From contig OX597834.1 of the NCBI GenBank assembly GCA_951406725.2, positions 43,896,001 to 43,960,000 of the forward strand: a stretch of 64,000 bases of DNA, written 5' to 3'. This DNA is from Octopus vulgaris (Eukaryota). Below are positions 27,578 through 43,363 of this stretch, in pieces (positions within the stretch are counted from its first letter, which is position 1; each line of letters starts with the position of its first letter). A program made the translations under genes and the position numbers. Below the pieces are notes generated by a model. It was given only the letters and a program-made list of their open reading frames with translations, was not told the origin of the DNA and did not search any database.

Positions 27578-27868
27578 ACTTTTCACCTGCTCAAGATTCC
27601 TTTTAAAATAGTTTTATACCAACTTTCTCATCTATTTGGATTACCGTTATACAATCACCATCCACATATTTTAATATCTTCATTGATTTTAATACGGACA
27701 TACAACCTCGCAAGAAGATTTATGTATTTATATATTTAGAAATTTTAATATTGTATCTTGCGTATATGAATGTACCTATGTAGTCTATGGAGTATTGCGA
27801 TGCTTTGAAATATATTAAGTGAATATGAACGCTGACCTTTGAAATTTGTTCTCTCTTTCTCACTTTCT

Positions 27869-27920
<52 letters not shown>

Positions 27921-27974
27921 GGTTCAGCAAAATTTAGATTCAGATGAATATGGTACTTAAGTTAAAGGCACATG

Positions 27975-28061
<87 letters not shown>

Positions 28062-28065
28062 AAAG

Positions 28066-28132
<67 letters not shown>

Positions 28133-28169
28133 GTATGTATATATATAGTCAATTCAATAAGAAAAAAAT

Positions 28170-28616
28170 ACAAGTCAGAACCAACGTCCTGCGAATCGGC
28201 AGAAAAATTTACCGCGATGTTATCAAGAATGGATGAAATTACTGAGGCACAATTAACAGAGTTGGAAATTTTTTACTTTTGGACATTCGATGTTCTATGT
28301 TCTGTGTTGCGATTACCATTCGCTGCCATCAGATGCGACTAACAGAAATTGATTGTAAGGTGAAAAAACAACGAAAAGAAGGTTACCTCTCCTGAGAGAA
28401 ATATGAACGAACTCGGAAAAAATATCGATCATTTAGACTAATTAGTGCAAAGTGAGTGATAAATTCTCTAACCATCAGCTGCGACTTTATGATATATTAT
28501 CTAAAGTCTATGGAAGCAGTTCACAAGAGGCTCTAATGGGCAAGCTAATTGCCCTCAAACATGAACTGCTAGCCATAAGCGAAAAACGTCGGTACCACAA
28601 AAAACAAAATAATAAC

Positions 28617-28683
<67 letters not shown>

Positions 28684-29400
28684 TTAATAATGAATAAAGA
28701 ACAAAAAAAAATCGTTACTCTTTAAGCCATCAATCGTATGGTTGCATTAATTATGCAAGCAGAATATCACAGCATAAAATGTCAGACCATCAATGTCTTC
28801 TAAACTCTTTCGCAGGATGATTTGAGAATGAATTTAAGAAATCATCTGGAATGTAAGCAAACAACACGACCATGATTCAATGTGGTTTGATGGGATTACC
28901 GAGCGAATGCTGCATAAACGTGTTCCTGAAAACTTGTGGTATCAATAGTGAAGACATTCTCCTGGCGGTTGTAGCAAAACTACCGAAAGGAAAATTTACT
29001 TAAAAGAGACTTGATGATTGGTTATTAGTAGAGAAAGGTCGCTCTCTTATGAGCAAGCAAGTGGGGAGAAAGGAGTGTGAGGCTCATCTGAACTGCTGCC
29101 AATCAACAAAGACATTTTTACAGAAGCGAAACAGCACCGACCAAACATCAGTTGTGACACTGGCAGGATTTCTTTTAAACGGAGAGATGGAGACAGAATC
29201 CTAAGAACAATCCAGAAGGCTTTTGAGTGCCACTTCATGTCACTTAGACAACTCCGGCTGAAGAGTAAAGAGGGAAATGTACGCCTCACGTGCTGAGTGC
29301 CTCAACAACGGATGTAAAAATATAAGATTAGATGAAGCTCACGTGGATAGTTATTCTGGATGCAGAGTTGTTCCATGTGAACCAAGAGTGACAGGACAGA
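28170..29400 (+). mobile_element. Possible decayed R4/Dong-like (RLE) non-LTR retrotransposon pieces, split by (AAT)n
   Basis: LIALKHELLAISEKRRYHKKQ resembles the pre-RT segment of R4-clade ORFs; downstream FKAIN, H..GGC and HRPNI are weak matches. Confidence 0.3.
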
Positions 29401-29410
29401 CTTGGAAGGA

Positions 29411-29462
<52 letters not shown>

Positions 29463-29502
29463 AATGTATACAAGAGTATATATACTTCAAACTATAGAAG
29501 TG

Positions 29503-29790
29503 GTTAGAGAGTCAGGTTTACAATCGGGAGGAAGTGAGTTCTATTCTCGGACCGGGCTGTGTGTTGTGTTCTTGAGCAAGACACTTTATTTCACGTTGCT
29601 CCAGTTCACTGAGCTGTAGAAATAAGTTGTGACGTCACTGGTGCCAAGCTGTATCGACCCCTTTCCCTTGGATAACATCAGTGGCATGGAGAGAGGAGGC
29701 TGGTATGCATGGGCGACTGCTGGTCTTCCATAAACAACCTTACTCGGACTTATGCTTTCTAAGTGCAATTCGGTGGTCATTTGTGACCCT
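29503..29790 (+). mobile_element. SINE family C
   Basis: gtgttcttgagcaagacactttatttcacgttgctcc body. Confidence 0.85.
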
Positions 29791-30230
29791 AGGTGGTAGT
29801 GGTGGTGGATCTTTATCAAGGCCGTGCCAGAACAGTATCATATATGTGAGAGGGGCATGTAAATACGTATGCATGATCTCGAAACCAGATGGGTGTGAAA
29901 ACCATTCCGGTGTCTCTTTAAATCTTTTAAAGTATTCGAAGTTTACCAAAAATTTGATAATTTTATTTCTGCATTATCAGTATGAGACACCAGTGATTTG
30001 AAATTTTTCATAGTTACTTCAATTCCGCCAGTCTGAATAACAGACATCTTAATGTATCGTGAGGGATCATCAAGATTTACAAAAATTTCAAAATTGTTTT
30101 GTGTTATTTGGGCATGAAACACGAGTCAATAGAAAGCGTGCAAAGTTTCTTGTTTTAGTGTTCACACTCTCTCATCAAATAATTAATTTAACATCTTCTT
30201 GAAAATCTTTCAAAGGCTCTGACCTCCCGT

Positions 30231-30263
<33 letters not shown>

Positions 30264-30399
30264 TTTCTTCATCCTTTCGACTCCTAGAACAATTAACCGG
30301 TTTCTATGGCGTTTAAGTGAACAAGATCCCAATATTCTCACAGAACGATGAAGAATTTAAACCTGGCAATCTTGAGGGGAAGAGGGAAGAGGTCATATT

Positions 30400-30560
30400 T
30401 ATAACATGGACCCCAGTGTTTAACAGCTACTTTGTTTTATCGACTATAGAAGAATGAAAGACAAATGTCACCTCAGCGGGATTTGAACTGAGAACTTAAA
30501 GAGTCGAAAGAAAATACCGCTAAGCATTTAGTCCAAACGTGCCAACGATTCTGCCGAGTT
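30400..30560 (-). mobile_element. SINE family A, diverged
   Basis: gaccccagtgtt...atttgaactgagaac...aaataccgctaagcatt. Confidence 0.65.
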
Positions 30561-30953
30561 TCCCGTAGATAAAAGTGAAAATCCAAGAATCATTTAACAA
30601 TTTCCTCTGGCCCACACCCACTTCCGAAATATCTCGTGAAACACTTAAGAATTCCAGGCTTCATTAGAATGTGTTATTGATCTTGGCAACAGCGAAAGAA
30701 ATAAACTTTTAAAAGTTTCTTTCATCACTTCGACACTTGGCCATTTGGAAAAACTGTGGAAGGAATGTCGAAGATATAGAAAATGTTCCCAGACGTTTAA
30801 GGTGAAATCTTTCCCGTCATATTAAGTTACTCGCCTTAGTTTTGAACAATAACGCCATTAATATAGACGTCAACGAAGACATTATAGGTTGGCAGCAACG
30901 CGCTGCTTGTGTGTTCATGGATGAAGTAGATGGAGGATCGGGTTTATAAAGAT

Positions 30954-33362
<2,409 letters not shown>

Positions 33363-33659
33363 GAAAGGTTTCCTTTCAATTTGATGTGGTCAATTCATTG
33401 AAATTTCATTACAAAGTATTTTTCTCTTCTTTCTTACTTTTTTTCCATTGCATGCCTATCATCATATTTGTAAATAAACCAATGTGAACTGAAGGAAAGT
33501 TCAAAATCTTCCCATTTTACAAATGTTTAAGTGTTGACCCAAAATTCTGAAAAGCAATGGAGCTATACTTCGTCAAAAAATTCTCTCCAAAATGAAATGT
33601 TTGAAAGAGATTCAGAGAAAGTACATTTTTATTATTTTAAAACAATAATGATGATGGAT

Positions 33660-34060
33660 ACTCTTTACTCTTTTATTTGTTTCAGTCATTTGACTGTGGC
33701 CATGCTGGAGCACCGCCTTTAGTCGAGCAAATCGACCCCAGGACTTATTCTTTGTAAGCCTAGTACTTATTCTACCGGGTTCTTTTGCCGAGCAGCTATG
33801 TTACGGGGAGGCAAACACACCAGCATCAGTTGTTAAGCGATGTTGGGGTGACAAACACAGACACACAATCATACACACACACACACACACACACATTTAT
33901 ATATATATATACATATATACGATGCGCTTCTTTCAGTTTCCGTCTACCAAATCCACTCACAAGATTTTGGTCGGCCCGAGGGTATAGTAGAAGACACTTG
34001 CCCAAGGTGTTACGCAGTGTGACTGAACCTGGAACCACGTGGTTGGTAAGCAAGCTACTG
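33660..34060 (-). mobile_element. SINE family B
   Basis: Homologous to 39470-39870. Confidence 0.9.
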
Positions 34061-34535
34061 GACGAAGAGAAAACAGTTATGTTACACTATTACTGTTATT
34101 TCTGAATGAGGCTTTAATATTAATAACGTGATGCTCATTTATATAAATGATTATATATATATATATATAACATTGGGATTTCGACAAATGTTGTTCTTAT
34201 AGAACTTACACGTACACGAGGAAGAATACTAGAACCATTCTACCTCTGATTAGGAAAGATATTTAATGTAGCTACTTGGCAAAGTAATTCGTGAAAAAGA
34301 TCTCTTCTGAATTGTCCAAGCAAGCAAGGAAAATAATCCTACCAAAGGATGAAAGATACCCCACAAAATATATCTAAGCAGGTCGTGTTTTATTAATATA
34401 ACATTTATCCTACGGAGTGACTTCCAGCTAAATATACATACATACATGCATACATACATACCTGCATACATACATACATACATACATACATACATACATA
34501 CATACATACATACAGCCCTCTGCAAAAAGATCTCA

Positions 34536-34760
34536 AATTTTACTTAATTTGCTTTTCGCGGGAAGGAAAGTTTCTATCGAAGATGCGTACCGCCTTCACC
34601 ATCGAAACGCAGAGTAGATTAAACCATGGCGACTGAAGAAGGGGAATTTTCCCTGTGTTATATGTCCTGTACTCTATTTTTTCGTTGTTTAAGAAAAATG
34701 TCCATTTCCTTGGTTTTGTGTTTATGTTTTCGTTTCTCATTGTGTTCGACGTTTTTTTTT
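34536..34760 (+). mobile_element. Short repeat with permuted hammerhead-like half motifs
   Basis: catcGAAACgcagaGTA-16nt-CTGAAGAagggg; homologue of 14560-14748. Confidence 0.5.
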
Positions 34761-34855
34761 TGGGGTCCTGTACCCATATATGCATGTATATATACATGTA
34801 GAGGTAGGTACGTACATATATGTATGTATATATGCATATGTTTTATTTAATAATT

Positions 34856-34904
<49 letters not shown>

Positions 34905-34924
34905 TATATATGTACATATATATG

Positions 34925-34999
<75 letters not shown>

Positions 35000-35463
35000 A
35001 CACACACACATATAAATGCATGTCTATATGTGCGTGTGTATTTTAAGAATTAATTGATTTTGACGAAATTATATATATATATATTCCCCTCCCTCCCTTC
35101 CTCCTTCCTCCCTTTTCTCACTACTGACCTTTGTCTGCTATGCTGCTGCTATGCTGACCACCGTCTCGCCCTACCTCACACGCCTACACACAGACGCACA
35201 CACTAACACATACATATATTTTTTGTTTTTTTTACCTCGCCTCACACACACACATACACACACGCACACGCACACACTCACACATACACACACATCTGTT
35301 GCGTTACCAACCTTGTCTCCACTCTTTTGCCTTTAAAAACCCACTTTGCTCTTGTTATCGTAAACATCCGCCTTTCACCATGTGCGACTCCTAACACCAG
35401 CCGTTTTTTTCTCTATCTCCGTTGCCCGCTCCGGGATCTTTCTTTCCTCTCTTCCTTCTTTAT

Positions 35464-35498
35464 GTTTCCGACGAAGAGCTCCGCTCGAAACGTCATAC
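35464..35498 (+). ncRNA. Minimal type I hammerhead motif, H2 family (U4C variant)
   Basis: gttt CCGACGA A GAGC-tcc-GCTC GAAAC GTC atac; element ends at (TA)n near 35590. Confidence 0.6.
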
Positions 35499-35584
35499 CT
35501 CCCTGCTTCCATTTCCTGAGCGCCTATTAATAATAATACTGTAATTGTTCCATTGTTGTTGTTTTTTTGTTTCCCGTTTGGATT

Positions 35585-35628
<44 letters not shown>

Positions 35629-35887
35629 ATGTATGTATGTAAAAGTGCCGTCTAATACGGGTAAGCAGCCAACCACAGCACGACAAATGTTAATCAAACC
35701 GGCGATGATTACCAGCGCAGTGTGTGGTCAGTAACGAAGTCTGACATAACCGAATACATACAAATTACGATAATACTAATAAAATAATACTAATACCGAT
35801 AATTTCAATGATTTTACTGTAAGAAAATTCGTTAAATTTTAGCCATAAAAAACAGTAAACATGGCTGTAACGACGACGCACCGACCC

Positions 35888-35903
35888 ACAGCAGGTGGCG
35901 CTG
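35888..35903 (+). promoter_or_regulatory. CTCF-like motif
   Basis: ACAGCAGGTGGCGCTG, one mismatch to CCAGCAGGTGGCGC core, in unique CpG-rich sequence. Confidence 0.35.
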
Positions 35904-35946
35904 AAATCTCGCCTTGCTTCTTAAACAATAACACCAATGTATAAAT

Positions 35947-35947
<1 letters not shown>

Positions 35948-36004
<57 letters not shown>

Positions 36005-36204
36005 GGTGGTGGTGGTGGTGGTGGTGGTGGTGGTGGTGGTCGTCGTCGTCGTCGTCGCTGTGGTGGTGGCGGTGGTAGTGGTGGAGGTGGTGTTGGAGGT
36101 GGTAGTAGTAGTAGTGGTGGTGGTAGCGGTGGTGGTGGTGGTGGTAGTAGTAGTGGTGATGGTAGTGGTGGTGGTGGTGTTGGTGGTGGTGTTGGTGGTG
36201 GTGT

Positions 36205-36264
<60 letters not shown>

Positions 36265-36300
36265 CAGTAGTAGCGGCAGCACCGGTAGCAGCGGGCAGTA
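35948..36300. repeat. (GTA)n/(GTG)n compound microsatellite
   Basis: Directly visible. Confidence 0.95.
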
Positions 36301-36572
36301 ATATGTTGTAGTTCAGAACGTGGTCAGCCAGCCTGGATTGATCAGAGACGTCACAACGACGGAGGTAATTATTCGGCTGCTATTTCTAGCATGCCGATCG
36401 ACATGCCACGTCGAGACGCGCCGAGCGAAGCACCGAGTCTCGCCTGCATTTTGTTGTTTGTGATTGTTTATTTAAAATAATAGGATGACAGATGGCGAGG
36501 ACAATTGTTATGGCTGATAATTATCGCTACAACGACATATGGCATAAAAATTCACACATATACACATATAGC

Positions 36573-36603
<31 letters not shown>

Positions 36604-36743
36604 TAACAGTGATATATATATATATACGCACGTAGGTTTACATAATTACGGGTGTAAAAATGTGTTTACTGAAAACACACAAATCTATCTTTTCTCGCTA
36701 TCTCGAACGCTCGGCAGTGTTTCGATTAATTAATTAAGGTGTT

Positions 36744-36774
<31 letters not shown>

Positions 36775-36929
36775 ATGTATGTATGTATGTATGAATGTAT
36801 GTATGTATGTATGTATGTATGTATGTATGTGTGTGTATGTATGTATGTATGTATGTATGTATGTATGTATGTATGTATGTATGTATGTATGTATGTGTAT
36901 GCATGTGTGTGTGTATGTATGTATGTATG

Positions 36930-36979
<50 letters not shown>

Positions 36980-37106
36980 TAAATTAGAGATAAAACCACT
37001 ATTAGGCAAATCATACAATGAAAAACTTAAGCCAATACATAAGATTAATTAATTTATATTATTTTAAATAAATATCAAAATTATTAAAAAAAGATAATTA
37101 GTATAA

Positions 37107-37159
37107 CACTACGATCGTTTCATGGCTGTCCAATTCGAGTTACAGTCATTCTTCAGGTG
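37107..37159 (-). ncRNA. Type I hammerhead motif with canonical core (H3)
   Basis: Minus: CAC CUGAAGA AUGACUGU-12nt-ACAGCCAU GAA ACGAUCGU A GUG; stem II 7/8 bp; palindromic stem III; element about 36977-37188 bounded by (TA)n. Confidence 0.8.
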
Positions 37160-37399
37160 ATTGAAATATTTAACTTGGCGAGGTTTAATATATATATATT
37201 TATAAGCAGTATATCAAAGCAATAAGGCTGGAGGTGGGAACGATGATTTCCCTTCGCAAATACTGATCGGGCATAGACAGTGTGTCATTAGCCAGCTGAA
37301 AATGTCTTCCTGGGGCCATAAACTACAGTAGCATCGTCCCTTATGGGTCAGCCACATTTGAGTGGCAAATATACTTCATGATATATACATATAGCTTAT

Positions 37400-37759
37400 T
37401 GCTGTGGCTGTGTGGTAAGAAGTTTGCTTCGCGACCACATGTTCAGTCCCTCTGAATGGCACCTTGGGCTAGTGTCTTCTGCTATAGCCTCAGGCCGACA
37501 AAAGCCTTGTGAGTGGTGGATTTCGCAGACAGAAGCCCGTCAAATATATATATATATATATATGTAATTGAAATTTATAGAAAAACAAAAGACAAAGGCA
37601 GGTGTAAGAACAATAAGGACGTTTGACGCTCGGGAAAAATGAAAAAGTCTTTTACGTTTCGAGCCTATGCTCTTCAACGGAAAGGAATAAGAGAAAATAA
37701 ACAGAGAATTAAAAAGAAACTTGTAGATTTCAGCATGGTGAATGATTGTGGTGCGTGTA

Positions 37760-37812
<53 letters not shown>

Positions 37813-37813
37813 A

Positions 37814-37848
<35 letters not shown>

Positions 37849-38055
37849 ATGTGTTTGTTCCCCCATCCCCCAGCCATCACCGCTGACAACCAATGTTGGT
37901 GCGCTTACGTCCCCGCAACTTCGCTGTTCGGTAATAAAACGTCCGATAGAACATTTCTTAAACGGAAAATTTACTTAAATCGATTCCTTCTAGAAAAATT
38001 CTTCAAGGTGATGTCCCATCATGGCTGCAGTCTAATGACTGAAACAAGATAAAAG
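37400..38055 (+). mobile_element. SINE family B interrupted by an H1 element (about 37565-37740, minus)
   Basis: SINE head 37400-37540 and tail 37850-38055 flank TA, H1 and TG. Confidence 0.8.
37649..37684 (-). ncRNA. Degenerate hammerhead motif, H1 family
   Basis: Minus: CUUU CCGUUGA A GAGC-AUAG-GCUC GAAAC GUA AAAG. Confidence 0.5.
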
Positions 38056-38567
38056 ATGAATGTATGTATGTAGGAATCGCTCCTTTGTAAATTATGATGC
38101 AGCTATTGTTCCAACAGACCATGTACACCTGTGGAAAGGTGTGCTGTTCAGTTGGAAAATAAAAATAAAAACGACATGTCAAAAGGCTTCAAATTGTAGC
38201 TGCAGATTTCTCATTAGTTCAACGTAGGTATTCTCTTTTTCATAGATCGTCACCATTATGCTAAAAATCATGAGGTGTAAAGTATATTTTAAAAACTACA
38301 TATTTTCCATAGTGGGAAATTTAATTCATAGGGGACTCAATACGGAGAATAAGAGAATGAATGTTTGATATGCCAAGGTATATTTATTACATGGGCGTCT
38401 ACTCTGAGTTTCACCTCGGCTGGGCTGTACACAACTGGAAAATTGATTAAGTATTTCTTTATTAGTTCAGATATATTTATATAATATGAGTTTATATAAG
38501 GGTAGCTTGAGCGACCCTTATATCGGGAGGGAAATGTCTTTGGAAACCAAATTTGAGATGTAGACTC

Positions 38568-38610
<43 letters not shown>

Positions 38611-38711
38611 TATGTACGGGTGTGTATGCATATATGTGTTTGTGTACGTGTACTCACTATCATTTCCATGTTTCAGTACACATACACACACACTCACACA
38701 CACATACATAC

Positions 38712-38750
<39 letters not shown>

Positions 38751-39094
38751 TACATACATATGTATTTGTGTGTGTCTGTGTGTGCGTCTGTATGCATGTG
38801 TGTATGTGTGTGTGTATATATAGACACACACATACACACCCAAACAAACACTCATTTATTGCTGTGCAATTATAGTATAGTATATGCTTCATTATTGTTT
38901 ATTGTTTTGAGTGTATGAATGTGTGTGTGTGGGGTTGTATATGCGTGTTTGTATGTGTGTGTATGTGGGGGGTCTGCGTGTTTGCGTGTGTGTGTGTGTG
39001 CGTGTGTGCGTATGTACATATGTGTGTGACTGTAATAGTGTGTCTCTGTTTTAATTGGCAGTTTTCCCTATTTTTCATCAAATTGCTTTCTATA

Positions 39095-39139
<45 letters not shown>

Positions 39140-39469
39140 AGCTTTGTATGTATGGGTGTAAATATTGTTGTGTGTGTGTGTATGTAGGTAGGTAGGTGGG
39201 GGTTGCATCTCACCAATTATGGCTTCTGTGAATGGCAGTCTCTCCTCCCAGCCACTGACAGATTTATTGATGAAGGAGGTCAGGAGGAGTAGGACGGGAT
39301 GGCGGGGGAAACTCAAGGCGGGGAACCAAATCGTTAATTAACAGAACGACGATGACAATGACGACGACGACGACGATGACGATGATGACGATGATGGTGA
39401 AGGTAATGATGATGATGATGATGATGATGATGACCATATTTACAACTATGAGCATGATGGTGATGATGA

Positions 39470-39625
39470 GGAGTGGCTGTGTGGTAAGTAGCTTGCTTAC
39501 CAACCACATGGTTCCGGGTTCAGTCCCACTGCGTGACATCTTAGGCAAGTGTCTTCTACTATAGCCTCGGGCTAACCAAAGCCTTGTGAGTGGATTTGGT
39601 AGATGGAAACTGAAAGAAGCCCGTC

Positions 39626-39660
<35 letters not shown>

Positions 39661-39870
39661 TGTGTGTGTGTCTGTGTTTGTCCCCCCAACATCGCTTGAC
39701 AACCGATGCTGGTGTGTTTACGTCCCCGTAACTTAGCGGTTCGGCGAAAGAGACCGATAGAATAAGTACTAGGCTTACAAAGAATAAGTCCTGTGGTCGA
39801 TGTGCTCGACTAAAGGCGGTGCTCCAGCATGGCCACAGTCAAATGACTGAAACAAGTAAAAGGGTAAGAA
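39470..39870 (+). mobile_element. SINE family B, full length
   Basis: Head, internal (TA)n(TG)n and tail all present. Confidence 0.9.
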
Positions 39871-40124
39871 TGCAATGAATCGGAGCAAATACCACGAGGT
39901 CTTTGTTTTCTCCAAGGCTTGAAGGATTTGAACCATCGACCAGCAATAATGATAGTTTGAAATTTCGGTACATGACAGGCAATTTTAAAGGGAGGGGTTA
40001 ATCGATGTTATCGATTTTACTACTTGACAGGAATTATATTGTATCAACCCCGAAAGGGTGAAAGGCGTTGAACGCACTTTGAACTCAGATTGTAAAAGAT
40101 CAGTATTTTCACTGACGCTTTGTC

Positions 40125-40590
40125 TTAGTATAAAAGATGGGCTACAGCAAATATTCTGCTCAATACCACGGATTTGCTTGTCAGTTGTTTGACCTTAACC
40201 AGTTGAGCATGTCCCTTAGTGGCTGACGATGTGTGCAGCTCTGATCATGAGCAGAAGTAGTGGGGGAGCATCATAGCCATATGTTGATAGGAATTCTTTG
40301 GGATTTGGATAATTTGCCTTTGGAAACATGGCTGTTTCGTTCATCATCTTTAAACAACCTTTATTCAGGAACCTTTTGAGTGGGATGGGCTACGCGACCT
40401 GGAGAAAATTCTAACTGGGCCCCACCTGCAAGGTCATGTGCTGTTTATCTTGATATGAGACCACCATGCCACGCACATATAGTTGAGATGAATGTGTTTG
40501 GTGTACCCTTATCGGACGGGTAGCCATGAGGGGTATAATAGGCTTCGTATATTTTACCCCAGTGTCCCTTTCACGACATGCACTGTTCTG
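40125..40590 (+). mobile_element. Interspersed repeat family F
   Basis: Inverted homologue of 10368-10745. Confidence 0.7.
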
Positions 40591-40929
40591 TCACTCAATA
40601 GTAGTAGTAGTAGTAGTAATCGTTCCTGACACGGATATAAATTGTGTGTAATACGGGTATATTTGTAAAAATCGTCTCAATACTTGAGTAGCTAATCTAT
40701 CCCGGAAGGACGAAAGGTGAAATTGGTTCGTGGATTCGATCTCAAATCGTAAAGAAATGGATTGAGGAACCACGGCAGCTGACTATTCAATAAGTGGGCG
40801 ATCCTTGTATGAAAGAGTACGGGTACCAAAGAGTACAGACTGAAATGAAGGGGGGAAAAGAATTTACCACACCAAGAGAGAAAGAGGAAGAGAGAGAGAG
40901 AGAGAGAGAGAGAGGGGGTGAGTGCTGTG

Positions 40930-41522
40930 GGGGATGGCGAATTGATGTAGAAATTACTAAGAAAGGAAGAGAGAAACAGAGGGAGGGGGAGAAAAGGAAG
41001 AAGGGGGAAGGAGAGAGAGGGGGAGCGGCAAGGAGGAATAAATAGGATGGTAATGCGAAGGGGTGAAGAATTAGTTGAGAAATTGTTAAGTTGGAGGAAA
41101 GAGAGAGAGAGAGAGGGGAGAGATGAGCAGAGGGAGGGAGAGGGGGAGGAAGAGAGAGAAGGAGGGATAGAAAGAGGGAGAAAGAAAGAGAGCAAGAGAG
41201 AGAGAGAGATAATAAAGGAAGATGTGACGGCATGGGATGAAGAATTAGTTGAGAAATTGCTGAGAAATGGGGAGAGAGAGAGAGGCAGAGGGAAGAAGGG
41301 AGGGAGAGAGGGAGGAAGAGAGAGAAGAAGAGAGAGAGGGAGAAAGAAAGAGAGGGAGAAAGGGAGAGATAATAAAGTGACGGCATGGGATGAAGAATTA
41401 GTTGAGAAATTGCTGAGAAATGGGGAGAGGCAGAGAGAGAAAGAGAAAGAAAAATAGGAGGGAGGGAGGGAGGGAGGGAGGAAGGGAAAAAGAGAGGGAG
41501 AGAGGGAGAAAGAAAGAGAGCA

Positions 41523-41562
<40 letters not shown>

Positions 41563-41625
41563 AGATGAAGTGGGATGAAGATGGCTGGGGATGAAGAAGC
41601 AGTTGAGAAATTGTTGAGAAAAGAT
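40930..41625 (+). repeat. GA-rich minisatellite with ~5 copies of a gatgaagaattagttgagaaattgctgagaaa core
   Basis: Core near 40933, 41063, 41237, 41389 and 41590. Confidence 0.8.
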
Positions 41626-42189
41626 CGTAAAAGTAAATTGGTTCCACACTTGAAAAACTTTTATTAGAAAATAAGGGATTAAAGCAGCTTAGAGCTAGAG
41701 ATGAGGTGTGCGACATTTGTAGGGGGCGGATTAGGGACCAGAGAGTATATTCATTTATTTGTTTAGTCATTTATTTATTTATTGACGCTAGGCGGTGGGG
41801 GTGGCGTGCATATATAAAAGAGTAAGGTAATTAAGGACGTAGAGATTGAAAAGGGGACAGAAACAGTATGACAATTATTGTGAGTATTATGGGTAAGAAC
41901 AAGGAAGCAATGGTTGTTATTTAGCCCTAGGTCAATCATGATCCACCAGGCTGATGGTTAAAGGCATTCCAACCATTAATATACCATTTTCTTAATTTTC
42001 AAAGCTTTTTTTCCTTTTTTTTAAGATGGAAGGGGCTAAGGAAATTCGGGGGAGCTCCTTCGGTGGTAGAGCTAGGAAGGTAGCCCAGAATTAAAATTAT
42101 GAATAATGAAAAATCCGGTAAACGCAACCAAGGCAATATTTGAATTAGCAATCATCTGTGTTATACTTTATGTATACAGACTGTCGATA

Positions 42190-42510
42190 ATTGGTACTTC
42201 GCCAGTTACGATGACAAGGGTTCCATTTGATCCGAACAACGAGACAGCTTGCTCGGAAAATTTACATACAAATGGCTGAGCACTTCACTGACACACGAAC
42301 CCTTAATGAAGTTTTCTGAGAGATTCGACGTGACACAGAATGTGAAAAAGCTGGACCTTTGAATTACAAGCACATTCCATTTTGGCCAGCAGAGTGGACT
42401 GGACTAGAAGGAGTTATAAAGTGTCTTGCTCAAAAATACAACACGCTGCCAGGAATCGAACGCAGGACCTTACCATTGTGAGCCGAATACCCTAACCATT
42501 AAGCCCTGCA
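42190..42510 (-). mobile_element. tRNA-derived SINE (C-like head, tail shared with the 12812 copy)
   Basis: gtgtcttgctcaa..acaacacgc..ggaatcgaac head; gttacgatgacaagggttcca...ggctgagcac tail. Confidence 0.7.
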
Positions 42511-42800
42511 GACTGTCGATAAACCCATTAAGACTGCAAGTCCATAAGACATGTTATATTTGGGAAAACATACAGCAGTGAGTGGCCCATGAGATAGTGT
42601 ATAGAACTTACATGCATCACACAAAAAGCTGTATAAATTAATTGCTAATTATTTAAATGTAAATGATTTCCAATTAGTAATGAAAATGATTATGTAATGC
42701 ACAAAACATAATATTCATATAAGAAACGTCGTAACTTTCAGTTGCTGGCTCTGATTTCTGTATATATTCTTATCATATGATACTAATACTAACAATAACA

Positions 42801-42915
42801 TAGTATGAGCACAAACCGTAGAGAGTGGAAGAGTCGGAGACTAGCAGGATTCTTTGCAAACAGATCAAGTGCTAGAGCATAACAGACCGGACCTAGTGGT
42901 GGTAGACAAAGTGTA

Positions 42916-42920
<5 letters not shown>
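42801..42920 (+). mobile_element. R4/Dong-like non-LTR retrotransposon restriction-like endonuclease fragment
   Basis: YEHKP*RVEESETSRIL then frameshift LQTDQVLEHNRPDLVVVDK, matching the WYEHxP...ILWD...QTD...HNRPD(I/L)V motif. Confidence 0.75.
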
Positions 42921-42957
<37 letters not shown>

Positions 42958-43363
42958 GACCCTGGCAGAATGAATACAGTATATCAAAAGTTAGTTCTTT
43001 TTTTTTTTTTTTTTTGTAGTGGTGCCAAGGAAAATGGATTTTGTCTTCCTTGGTTTTGATGGACATGAGACATCACCGACAGAATTGTGTCGAAACTTAG
43101 TTTTTGCATCAAAACAAAAACTCATGCAATTACAGATACACTCGCACAATTACACACAAACAAAACATAAAAACAAAAACCCTAGACTCAATATGTCACC
43201 CAGCTTAACCCCACCTCCTGATCTGTGGGTGCCTTTAAGTACAGAAAGTCCAGTTTATTGTAAAAACTTGGATCAGATCCTGACCCCTGGCTTTCTTCTT
43301 CCGTATCCTCAACCAAGATGGACTGGGCTCTGCTTCCTTTAATTCAAGCAATAAAAAACAATC

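Noticed and set aside
29255-29290. CTGAAGA...GAAATGTA hammerhead-like string
   Set aside because: Stem II cannot form
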